This document shows positions 54,601 to 62,720 of a stretch of 64,000 nt of DNA, piece by piece; the stretch's first letter is position 1, and every line of letters starts with the position of its first letter. The DNA is from Octopus sinensis (Eukaryota). A program made the translations under genes and the position numbers. The stretch covers positions 12,896,001 to 12,960,000 of the forward strand of contig NC_043017.1 in assembly GCF_006345805.1 (NCBI RefSeq). The letters run 5' to 3'. The notes below the pieces were generated by a model, which was not told the origin of the DNA, made no database searches, and saw only the letters and a program-made list of their open reading frames with translations.

Positions 54601-57600
54601 GCGCTAACATTGCATTTTATAAACACACACACTCTACTATATATATATATCTAGCCTCTGCACGCATTTTTTTTCTCTCCTTCTTTCTGTGTTTCTTTTC
54701 TGTTGAAGAGCGTAGGCTCGAAACGCAAAAGACTTGTTTTATCTATATTCCTGAGCGCTATACTAATACAATTGTTTGTTTGTATTCCACCTGCCTTTGT
54801 CTTTTGTTTATTTTCATAAAGCTTCCCGTTATATATATATATATATATATATACAATTCCAGGGTTTGGTTGGACTGGGACTGTAGTAGAAGAAAACAAG
54901 ATGTCGTACAGTGGGACTGAACCCGGAGCCAAATGGTTGGGAAGAAAACTTTTTACCATACGCTCATGCCTACACCTATATATTACTAGTATGTGTTTAT
55001 TGCTATTGACCCTGGAGGAATAAACAACTAAATGGATCCAGTGACATTTGAACTTAATGCAAAGATGATGTCACCAGTCATCAGACATTTATTAGTCTTC
55101 TGTTACCTCAGGTGCTTTTTTTTGCCACATCATCATACAGTGATGTGATGCATCATCATTTAACATCAGTTTTCCATACAGGAATGGGTTGGACGGTCTG
55201 AGAGGGACTGGTATGGTCAGGTTCCACACCAGGCTCCACTGGCTGTTCTGACATGGTTTCTACAGTTGCTAGCGCCAACCACTTTATATATAAACCAGTT
55301 ATAACATATAGGCCCACTCAAAGTACAAGCGTATGCATATGCTTTATGAGATGTGTAGACCACAATCACTAAATTACATAAAGAGGAGTCAGTGCTGGAG
55401 TCAGAATCAGAGGTGCCAATAGTACAGGAGTCAGAGTCAGAGTTGAAGTTTTTTGTTTCGACTCCACAGCCCTGCAATAAAAACAAGGAATGTACAGAGA
55501 ATAGACTTCCTCAAATGCTCAGGACATTTAGTAGTAGTACACAGCTTCTATTACCTAAGTGACCAAGTCAGTACTGGAGGAGGATGCTCTGAGAGCATAG
55601 CTGCTAGAATAAGAATAGGCTGGACAAAGTTCAGAGAGTTTCTATGTTTGTTGGTATCAAAGAGCCTCTCTTGTTGAGTGAAAGGCAGATTATATGATGC
55701 TTGTGTGTGAACAGCTATGCTACATGCCAGCAAAACACGGGCTGTGATGGTGGAGGATATGCGAAGGCTTGAAAGAAATGAAGCTAGTACACTTCACTGA
55801 ATGTGCAATGTCAGTGTGAATATATAACAAAGTGTAAGTAGTTTGAGAGAAAAACTTGGCATAAGAGGCAGATGTAATGTAAGAGAAAAACTTGGCATAA
55901 GAGAAAAACTTGGCATAAGAGGCAGATGAGCAGATGTAATGTACAAGAAAGAAAACTGCACTGGTATGGCTATGTAATGCATATGGACGAGGACAGCTAT
56001 GTAAAGAAATGCCAATCTCTAACTGTTTAGGGAACCTGTAGAAGAGGTAGACTCAGGCAGACATCGGATGTGGTAGTGAAGCATGATCTTCGAATGTTGA
56101 GTCTCACAGAGGCGATGACAAGTGACCAAGTCTTTTGGCGATTTGCTGTGCTTGAGAAGGCAAATCAAGCTAAGTGAAGTCGTAGGCATGACCAGTGCCA
56201 GTGACATATGTGAGGCCAATGATGCATAAAAGGTACCCATTCTTTGGCACGTCAAAGGCACTTGTGCCAGTGATATGTAAAAGATACCCAGTACACTCTT
56301 GGGGTGGTTGGTTTTAGGTAGAGCATCCAGCTATAGACTGGAACTTTGCAGTTCTTCGGCTGACCAGTTCCAGTCAAACCATCTAACTCATGCCAATATG
56401 GAAAACAGACGCTAAATGATGATGATGATGATATATATTGACAAGAAGCATCTTTCAGTTTCTTATTTCTTTATTGCCCACAAGGGGCTAAACATAGAGG
56501 GGACAAACAAGGACAGACAAAGAGATTAAGTCGATTACATCAACCTCAGTGCATACATCATCGTTTAATGTCTGTTTTCTGTGCTGGCACGGGTTGGACA
56601 GTTCGACCGGGGTCTGGGAAGCCTGGAGGCTGCACCAGGCTCCAGTCTGATCTGGCAGTGTTTCTACAGCTGCATGCCCTTCCTAATGCCAACCACTCCG
56701 TGAGTGTAGTGGGTGCTTTTTACGTGCCACCAGAGGCTGGCAGTGGCTACGATAGGTTGGTGCTTTTTACGTGCTACCGGCACAGAAGCCAGTCAAGGCG
56801 GCGCTGGCATCGGCCACATTCGGATGGTGCTTTTTACATGCCACCAGCACAGGTATCACAACTGCATTTTCCATTTGATATTTATTTTGATGTTAATGTT
56901 CTGGCACTTAATTTATCGACCCTGAAAGGATGAAAGGCAAAGTCAACCTCAGCAGAATTTGAACTCAGAACATAACAGCAGACGAAATACCGCTAAGCAT
57001 TTCGTCCATTTCACTAACGTTTCTGCCAGCTCACCGCCTTTGTCTTTCGGTTTCTGTTTACCTAATCTACTCTCAAGGCCATAGTAGAAGACACTCACTC
57101 AAGGTGCTATCAAATTCTCTAGTTAGTTAGTTAGTTAGTTAATTTGGCTCAAAAGCAAATAACAAGGCCATGTAGGGGGACATGGAGTTAAGTACAGGGT
57201 GGTGTTCATGTAAAGAGTTCAGGCCACTTGAGGTCCAGGGAGGCTTTGAACAAAGCGGTTGTCGGCATCTTCACCATCTCGTCTGGCAGCTTGTTCCACG
57301 GATCCGCAACCCAGACGGAGAAAGCTCCTCTCCTTCGATTGAGATGAAATCGTCGCAGGTAGAGCTTTTCGGAATGACCCCGCAGCCGACGCTCCGGAGC
57401 AGGAGTGAAGAACAGCTCTTTCGAGAGGTTACACTTCCCGCTTATGATGTTGTGGGCGAGAATGAGATCACCACGGCGGCGGCGTTTTTCAAGAGAATAA
57501 AGGTCTAGTAAGCCAGAAAGAGAATTTAATCTGGGTGGGGGTTGGGTACGTCTTAAGTATAGTGGATTATGAACCTATAACAAGAACAGAAGAGTAATGA

Positions 57601-59398
57601 TTTGTTACCTCTCTCCTTTCCGTAATTTTTCAGTTTTGCCATTTTTTTTTTTTTTGCTTTTTTCCAAAACTATTTTCTCTCAGATGTTTGTTACACACAT
57701 TTTTGAAGAATCATAATCTTTAGATTTTTTTTTTGATTTTTGTCTTTTACTTGTTTCAGTCATTGGACGGCGACCATGCCTGGGGCACCGCCTTGAAAGA
57801 TTTAGTAAAAACAAATCAAGGCCCAGTACTTACTTTATCAGTTTCGTTTGTCGAGTCGCTAAGTTACGGGAACGTAAACAAACCAACACCGGTTGTTAAG
57901 CAGTGGGGTGGGGGGCCTAAACACGACGGGCTTCTTTCAGTTTCCGTTTACCAAATCGACTCATAAGCTGGGGTTGTAGAACACACTTGATCAAGGCGTC
58001 ATACAGTGTAGCTGAATCTGAAACCATGTAGTTGGAAAACAATCTCCAAATGTCAAAAGAAAAACAAAACTGAAAAATTACGGTGTAAAAATTAGGGGTA
58101 AAAATCACACAATTTTTTTTCTAGGATCATAATCTACGACGTTTAAAATCATACACATTCCAAGAAATTAGAGTTTCGGGCGCACTAAAATAATTTCCGA
58201 TTCTTCTGAGATAGTTGTGTGAAGAGACGGCACTACACCATAATTAAACAGTAAATTGCAAATGCTGTTTATATTGTGAATACTAGACTTTTATACAGAC
58301 ACTGAACTAAATAAAAATAAAAAAGATTCCGAACAAAGAATAAAAAGCAACATCCAACAAACATTTTGTAATTCTGTTGAATGTGAAAAGAATTTAGAGA
58401 ATTTGGTGTTATTTTCGAAGAAATTGAGAATTTATGAAAACATCACTGGCTTCTTGAAATACCGAAACGAAAAACAAAACATCGAGTCGACATATTCTGT
58501 AAGACTTCCTAATGATATTTATTTAGTCTTTCGTTACATTTTATAATCACCCCTCCATCTCTGTTTCCCAGATTTTCTCCTTTCTATCTTTTTGAAGTGT
58601 TTATTAGCTGCTAAGAGCATAAAGAGACTTGTGTGGAAATAGAACAATGTTGAGAACCAAAATTACATCACATTTGAAAAAATGATGTACTCGTACTTAT
58701 ATAATTAATGTTTTATCTCTCTCTGTATCTCTCAATAAACGTGCTTTTAAAATGAAAGTAGATTTTTTTGTAGCTATATTAGTAAACGAGGAAATGGGGA
58801 ATGTATAAAAAATGAAATGGCTTTCTTGAAATACCGAAATGAAAACTAAATATTGTTTACTACAGATCGAAAAATACTACCCCTTTCAAAAACACGTATT
58901 TATGCGAGTGAAAATATATATATTTGCGCAATATATACCTATTTAATTAGAAATAACACTTAAAAACAGTAAATTTAAGATTCAATTATGTATATGAGTC
59001 AATACAAATACAAACAACAGACTACCTATATAACAGCAACAGTAAACAATATTTCGTTTCGGTATTTTTAAGAAGATGCTCGATATCTTTAATAGATTGC
59101 TTATCCTCTCCAAAATACCGAAAATAGACCGTTAATTTCCACATTTAGAGTAAAAAAAAGCATTTTTTTCTTCTAAGGCACTGAATTGTAACTGAAACAA
59201 GAAACGAGAACCGACTCACCGATTGAAAGTTGGTAGACTGTCAAATATCAAATTAAACGATATGTTATGTACGTCATCCTGTAGTTCTTTGCGACTGGTA
59301 GAATTTATGAGGACTTTGATTTGTTGCAGGACAGACAGTTTATCGTCTGTGGTCGGGAAAGAGTCCAACAAACTGGACAAGTTACACGACAACGCCAT
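17185..59398 (-). CDS. PSMD5: 26S proteasome non-ATPase regulatory subunit 5 (S5b), complete spliced CDS: join of 8 exons, 506 aa
   Basis: Exons 59220-59398, 41350-41494, 37544-37679, 35639-35742, 29861-30119, 22133-22321, 20931-21040 and 17185-17583 sum to 1521 nt. All introns are GT-AG and phases match (2,0,1,0,1,1,0). Motifs [26 protein letters not shown] and [20 protein letters not shown] match recalled vertebrate PSMD5 ([45 protein letters not shown]). Confidence 0.95.
17880..18812 (-). mobile_element. 5'-truncated RTE LINE
   Basis: [11 protein letters not shown] motif, 3' UTR repeats and (GAT)n tail. Confidence 0.88.
18884..19281 (-). mobile_element. SINE family A copy
   Basis: Matches the consensus in reverse. 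Confidence 0.85.
19510..20650 (-). mobile_element. 5'-truncated RTE-clade LINE (ORF2 C-terminus, repeat-rich 3' UTR, (GAT)n tail)
   Basis: Translation [20 protein letters not shown]...[10 protein letters not shown]...[13 protein letters not shown]...GRGRPRKT; 3' UTR contains GGTTGGCGTTAGGAAGGGCATCCAGC. Confidence 0.9.
20931..21040 (-). CDS. PSMD5: PSMD5 exon 7 (110 nt, [11 protein letters not shown]...[13 protein letters not shown])
   Basis: Acceptor aatttttcag|; donor ACG|GTACTG (weak); matches recalled LKIRCLDAISSLL. Confidence 0.9.
22133..22321 (-). CDS. PSMD5: PSMD5 exon 6 (189 nt, [17 protein letters not shown]...GKLILKKY-G); absent from the ORF track
   Basis: Acceptor ttcttgtag| (present in three copies, see findings); donor G|GTAAAA; matches recalled GFVKFFGNLA...GKQVLQK. 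Confidence 0.92.
22305..22439. repeat. 44-bp triplication spanning the PSMD5 intron-5/exon-6 junction
   Basis: GGTAATCAGTCCTACAAG starts at 22311, 22355 and 22399. Confidence 0.97.
24216..24665 (-). mobile_element. Unclassified retroposon (family H) with (AAT)n tail; partial copy at 31525-31720
   Basis: Two dispersed homologous copies that end in the same simple-repeat tail. Confidence 0.6.
24903..27696. repeat. 1387-bp tandem duplication in PSMD5 intron 5
   Basis: Identical features recur at an offset of exactly 1387 (e.g. 25717/27104, 26274/27661); (ATT)n at all three junctions. Confidence 0.95.
27939..28337 (+). mobile_element. SINE family A copy
   Basis: Full length, preceded by (TA)n. 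Confidence 0.88.
29363..29594 (-). mobile_element. SINE family D1 copy
   Basis: Full length; TSD AAGAATATA. Confidence 0.88.
29861..30119 (-). CDS. PSMD5: PSMD5 exon 5 (259 nt, LLVNIGNSS...[12 protein letters not shown]...LLQP-G)
   Basis: Acceptor ttttctag|; donor CAG|GTTAGG; matches recalled DVLVRATCIEMV...ADSDPFSSFYLPG. Confidence 0.95.
30305..30785 (-). mobile_element. Probable L1/Tx1-type LINE 3' fragment
   Basis: Minus translation [22 protein letters not shown] resembles Tx1-type ORF2 C-termini; no other copy in the window. Confidence 0.45.
30833..31064 (-). mobile_element. SINE family D1 copy
   Basis: Full length; 14-bp TSD TAATCTGTAATACC. Confidence 0.9.
31889..32745 (+). mobile_element. 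RTE 3' UTR fragment with several tandem subrepeats, interrupted by a piggyBac-type MITE
   Basis: Repeated GGCACGTAAAAGCACCATTCGAG units and a (GAT)n tail. Confidence 0.8.
32750..33200 (+). mobile_element. Two tandem older SINE family D copies
   Basis: Heads near 32750 and 32982, each following an (ATT)n or (GAT)n tail. Confidence 0.75.
34018..34550. repeat. Compound (GACA/GATA/GGCA)n tetranucleotide array
   Basis: Read directly; source of the SVCL-rich spurious ORFs. Confidence 0.95.
35040..35360 (-). mobile_element. Possible second Penelope-like terminal remnant
   Basis: GC-richer block next to (TA)n with CTGATGA..CGAATGTC on the minus strand. Confidence 0.35.
35639..35742 (-). CDS. PSMD5: PSMD5 exon 4 (104 nt, [12 protein letters not shown]...[12 protein letters not shown])
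   Basis: Acceptor ttatag|; donor GAG|GTGAGT; carries the conserved KTND.VR.RVYE motif. Confidence 0.95.
35766..36180. repeat. (TA)n/(CA)n/(CATA)n compound microsatellite immediately upstream of PSMD5 exon 4
   Basis: Read directly; similar blocks at 2080-2400, 8310-8700 and 59590-59830. Confidence 0.95.
36232..36578 (-). mobile_element. tRNA-derived SINE family E
   Basis: Reverse head TAGCTCAGTGGTTAGAG..GAGTTCGAATCCC; central TGTGTTCTTGAGCAAGACACTT. Confidence 0.8.
36898..37316 (+). mobile_element. SINE family A copy
   Basis: Full length, inserted in (TA)n. Confidence 0.88.
37544..37679 (-). CDS. PSMD5: PSMD5 exon 3 (136 nt, [46 protein letters not shown]); absent from the ORF track
   Basis: Acceptor ttcttttccttttag|; donor G|GTAAGT; open frame and phases fit both neighbouring exons. 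Confidence 0.9.
38560..38981 (+). mobile_element. SINE family A copy
   Basis: Full length, next to (TA)n. Confidence 0.88.
39575..39985 (-). mobile_element. Rearranged SINE family A copy
   Basis: Internal segment of about 50 bp (ACGGGCTTCTTTCAG...GGCTTTGGT) duplicated across a (TA)n tract. Confidence 0.8.
40438..40819 (+). mobile_element. SINE family B copy
   Basis: Full length; 13-bp TSD TTAGAAAAAACAA. Confidence 0.9.
40980..41210 (-). mobile_element. SINE family D1 copy
   Basis: Full length; TSD GCCAGATAT. Confidence 0.88.
41350..41494 (-). CDS. PSMD5: PSMD5 exon 2 (145 nt, [14 protein letters not shown]...QTLSLSQ); absent from the ORF track
   Basis: Acceptor T-rich ttccag|; donor CAG|GTAAAT; aligns with recalled human EKTTLCVSILERLL...KILTLSQ. 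Confidence 0.92.
41570..41912 (-). mobile_element. Non-autonomous Helitron, 75 bp upstream of the PSMD5 exon-2 acceptor
   Basis: Minus-strand 3' end CCCGAGCAATGCTGGACGATACTGCTAG|T is homologous to the 52695 copy; 5' end uncertain. Confidence 0.7.
42188..42586 (+). mobile_element. SINE family A copy
   Basis: Matches the consensus. Confidence 0.88.
42808..43190 (-). mobile_element. Tc1/mariner (probably maT/DD37D-like) transposase 3' remnant
   Basis: Minus-strand translation [37 protein letters not shown]....[20 protein letters not shown]. Confidence 0.75.
43808..44028 (+). mobile_element. piggyBac-type MITE family P2 (221 bp) nested in a P1 copy
   Basis: TTAA|CCCTTTTGTTAC...GTAACGAAAGGG|TTAA. 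Confidence 0.85.
44675..47391. mobile_element. Three SINE family A copies in alternating orientation (44675-45062 minus, 45707-46122 plus, 46988-47391 minus)
   Basis: Match the consensus; low mutual divergence. Confidence 0.88.
46492..46630. repeat. (ATT/GTT)n microsatellite
   Basis: Read directly from the sequence. Confidence 0.95.
49337..49761 (-). mobile_element. SINE family A copy
   Basis: Full length; head abuts (TA)n. Confidence 0.88.
50355..50736 (+). mobile_element. SINE family B copy
   Basis: Full length; 11-bp TSD ATTTCTAAATA. Confidence 0.9.
50950..51986 (-). mobile_element. SINE family A copy with the internal microsatellite expanded to about 650 bp
   Basis: Consensus 3' half at 50950-51170 and 5' half at 51820-51986 flank a (TA)n-GTAGAC array. 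Confidence 0.88.
52120..52460 (+). mobile_element. Older, diverged SINE family A copy
   Basis: Degenerate consensus match. Confidence 0.7.
52695..53092 (+). mobile_element. Non-autonomous Helitron (398 bp)
   Basis: A|TC 5' end; 3' hairpin CCCGAGCAACGCCGGG, then CTAG|T; no TSD. Confidence 0.88.
53405..53801 (-). mobile_element. SINE family B copy
   Basis: Full length with an internal 17-bp duplication (CACTCCACAGACACGTG); 11-bp TSD ACGGACATACT. Confidence 0.9.
54652..54835 (+). mobile_element. Penelope-like element terminal-repeat remnant
   Basis: TTGAAGAGCGTAGGCTCGAAACG motif followed by a T-rich end abutting (TA)n; the same end (ATAACGGGAAGCTTTATGAAAA) recurs reversed at 35821. Confidence 0.5.
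55485..56432 (+). mobile_element. 5'-truncated RTE LINE
   Basis: [28 protein letters not shown] remnant, 3' UTR and (GAT)n tail. Confidence 0.85.
56463..57040 (-). mobile_element. SINE D1 copy interrupted by an RTE 3' end (56555-56870)
   Basis: D1 consensus halves flank the RTE tail. Confidence 0.75.
57121..57510 (-). mobile_element. CR1-group LINE 3' end with (TAAC)n tail; second shorter copy at 40140-40365
   Basis: Minus translation [24 protein letters not shown]...RGHSEKL...[25 protein letters not shown]. Confidence 0.9.
59220..59398 (-). CDS. PSMD5: PSMD5 coding exon 1 (179 nt, [14 protein letters not shown]...LPTFN-R)
   Basis: Start in context aagATGG; donor CG|GTGAGT; phase 2 joins exon 2 as a CGA Arg codon. 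Confidence 0.9.
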
Positions 59399-59637
59399 CT
59401 TAGTAAGTGTGTGTGTGTAAAGAGAGAGAGAGAGAGGAAGGGAAAAAAAAACGGCGCCAAATCTCGCGAGATATCGTTGGTTGTCATAACAACAGACAGC
59501 TTTGCTAGTTTTGATGGAGTTATGTTCTGCTAGAAATTAACACGGCACAGAAGAACATCTATACAAAAACACACATATACATACACACAAATATATATAT
59601 ATTATATATATATATATATATATATGATATAGCTAGC

Positions 59638-59733
<96 letters not shown>

Positions 59734-59761
59734 GTGTGTGTATATATATATATACACACAC

Positions 59762-59819
<58 letters not shown>

Positions 59820-60121
59820 GTGTGTGTATGTATGTTTGTGTATGAAAACTGATACAAACAGAACCAAGCAAACCAAAAAAAAAAAAAAAATTACAAGACT
59901 TTGTTACGGTTCCTTAACGTTCGTTCCTTTCATTCAAAATATTTGTTTATTTAAACGCACACACACCCACAACCTCATAACATTTTGCTCAATTCTATTA
60001 CTTGAAAGATTTCTTCGAATTATTTTAACTAACCTGCAGTAATTAACAAGTTAATTTTTTTTTTTTTGAGCCTGTTTAATAGAAGAAAAAAAAAATTTTT
60101 TGAACAAATTTCCGAGTCAAT
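59399..60121. promoter_or_regulatory. Putative bidirectional promoter and 5' UTR region
   Basis: Lies between two divergent ATGs. Contains TTTGGCGC (minus, 59454-59461), palindrome ATCTCGCGAGAT (59461-59472), a (GA)n tract and a central (TA)n/(CA)n block. Confidence 0.6.
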
Positions 60122-60190
60122 ATGTCGCAGACTGAGCGAATCAGTATTGTTCCCAGCGGGAAAGTATACGGCCAACTCTTTGAGGCTCAG
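60122..60190 (+). CDS. Probable first coding exon of an unidentified divergent gene (MSQTERISIVPSGKVYGQLFEAQ)
   Basis: Non-repetitive sequence; ATG in context aatATGT; exactly 23 codons then donor CAG|GTAATT; 723 bp from the PSMD5 ATG. Confidence 0.6.
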
Positions 60191-60355
60191 GTAATTATTA
60201 TTTATATTTTTTTCATACACACACACCCATGTACTTATTCCTTATTTCTCTGTAACTATGTCTTGTCTTTATTATACGTACGTGCCCCAGCCCGTTATTT
60301 CTCTATGCTAACAAGCTATTTCATATGCGTCTGTTTAAGTGTGTTTGTGTGCGTA

Positions 60356-61061
60356 TTATAAATACCTGGCATAGTTTCGGTTGTAGTAGCACAGATTTCC
60401 CCTACCTGGCATAGTTTCGGTTGTAGTAGCACAGATTTCCGTCGATTTCCGTAAAAAACTTTTATTTTTTTACATAAGTAATGAGAGCGAAAGAGACTAA
60501 GAGGAAGCGATTTTATGACGAGAAGGTTTCTCTTTGAAGTCGGCCTGTGTGTGTTTGATGGGGTGTGGGAGACAGACAGTATGTTGTGTAAGTGAAGTGC
60601 TTCTGTTAGTGTGTGCGAAGAGACAGACATACATATACACATACACCGAGTAAAAAATTACGATGAATCGGCCATACATACATACATACATACACACACA
60701 CACATACATAGATACATACACACACACATACATGCATACATACATATACACATACACCGAGTAAAAAATCAGTTATCTCTCTCTTTCACACATTACTCTC
60801 TCTGTCTCTTCGCACACACTAACAGAAGCACTTCACTTACACAACATACTGTCTGTCTCCCACACCCCATCAAACACACACAGGCCGACTTCAAAGAGAA
60901 ACCTTCTCGTCATAAAATCGCTTCCTCTTGGTCTCTTTCGCTCTCATTACTTATGTAAAAAAATAAAAGTTTTTTACGGAAATCGACGGAAATCTGAGCT
61001 ACGACATGCGAAACTTCGCCAAATACCTTATAAACAGTCTCTCGTGAGACTGTTTATAAGG
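60356..61061. mobile_element. Fold-back (MITE-like) element with 196-bp inverted arms
   Basis: Arms 60432-60627 and 60801-60996 match at 195 of 196 positions; a diverged outer inverted repeat extends to about 60356/61030. Confidence 0.7.
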
Positions 61062-61634
61062 ATATTTTCCAATCGAAGTTGGATATAGAGAATTCACTGG
61101 ACACAATGTGAAGCTATTGTTGTTGCTAGGCTTAATTTATCGTAAAGCAAATACCACCATGTGCGGTACCACACTATAGTGGCGAAGGAAAGCCACTAGA
61201 TTTGGTTAAAATGAACAATGGCTCGAAGAATATTGAACGAAACCTAGTAACCAGTTGATCCAGTAAGTGGAGCGCGAAATTTTTTTTCCCACGAGAGTTC
61301 CGGGCCCCAGTAAGGAATTCATTTGCATGCAGCCAATTAGAGCTCACCTTGAAAGCCCACATATTGTGTACTATTACAGTACAGCCAGTCAGGCATAGAA
61401 TGGTATGCCACTCTGTGAGTACAGCATAGCAGGTCTCACATAAGTACCACATTCCCCCCGCCACCCTCGTGGATCAATTGAGCACCATCTCTATATGGAG
61501 CTAACATTGGGTACCTATGCTCAGACTGAGATTAGTGATACTGCATGTACCCATTAATATATGCATGGAGATCGCAATACAACACAAAGGCATCCAGCTG
61601 TAAAACAATGTCTCAGTAATACATTTGCCTAACC

Positions 61635-62639
61635 CAGTGGCTCTCAACCAGGGGTCCATATGGTCTTTGGAGCCCATATAACTAATATTTTGTGGTTTAT
61701 ATTTATGTGCAATAAATTGCTTATATTTCTATTATACACAAAATAGTTTAACAATTTTTTTTATAGGCGCAGGAGTGGCTGTGTGGTAAGTAGCTTACTT
61801 ACCAAACACATGGTTCCGGGTTCAGTCCCACTGCATGTCACCTTGGGCAAGTGTCTTCTACTATAGCCTTGGCCCAACCAAAGCCTTGTGAGTGGATTTG
61901 GTAGATGGAAACTGAAGAAGCCCGTCGTATATATGTTAGGAAGCACTCCGTCGGTTACGACGATGAGGGTTCCGGTTGATCTGAATCAACGGACCAGCCT
62001 GCTCGTGAAATTAACGTGTAAGTGGCTGAGCACTCCACAGACACGTGCACCCTTAACGTAGTTCTCAGGGATATTCAGCGTGACACAGAGAGTGACAAGG
62101 CCGGCCCCTTGAAATACAGGTACAACAGAAACAGGAAGTAAGAGTGAGAGAAAGTTGTGGTGAAAGAGTACATCAGGGATCACCACCACCCCTTGCCGGA
62201 GCCTCGTGGAGCTTTAGGTGTTTTCGCTCAATAAACACTCACAACGCCCGGTCTGGGAATCGAAACCGCGATACTATGACCGCGAGTCCGCTGCCCTAAC
62301 CACTGGGCCATTGTGCCTCCTGTATATATGTATATATATGTGTATGCATATGTGTGGTGTGTGCATGTGTTTGTGTATCTGTGCTTGTCACCCCAACATC
62401 ATTTGACAACCAATGCTGGTGTGTTTACGTCCCCGTTACTCAGCGGTTCGGCAAAAGATACCGTTAGAATAAGTACTAGGCTTACAAAGAATAAGTCCTA
62501 GGCTCCATTTGCATCTACTAAAGGTGGTGCTCCAGCATGGCCGCTGTCAAATGACTGAAACAAGTAAAGGAATACAATTCCTAATAGTATTTAATTATAA
62601 AAAAATATAGTAGGATTTTTTAAAACATCAAATGATATA

Positions 62640-62720
<81 letters not shown>

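Noticed and set aside
57182-57508. Plus-strand 108-aa ORF
   Set aside because: It is antisense to a CR1-type ORF2 C-terminus.
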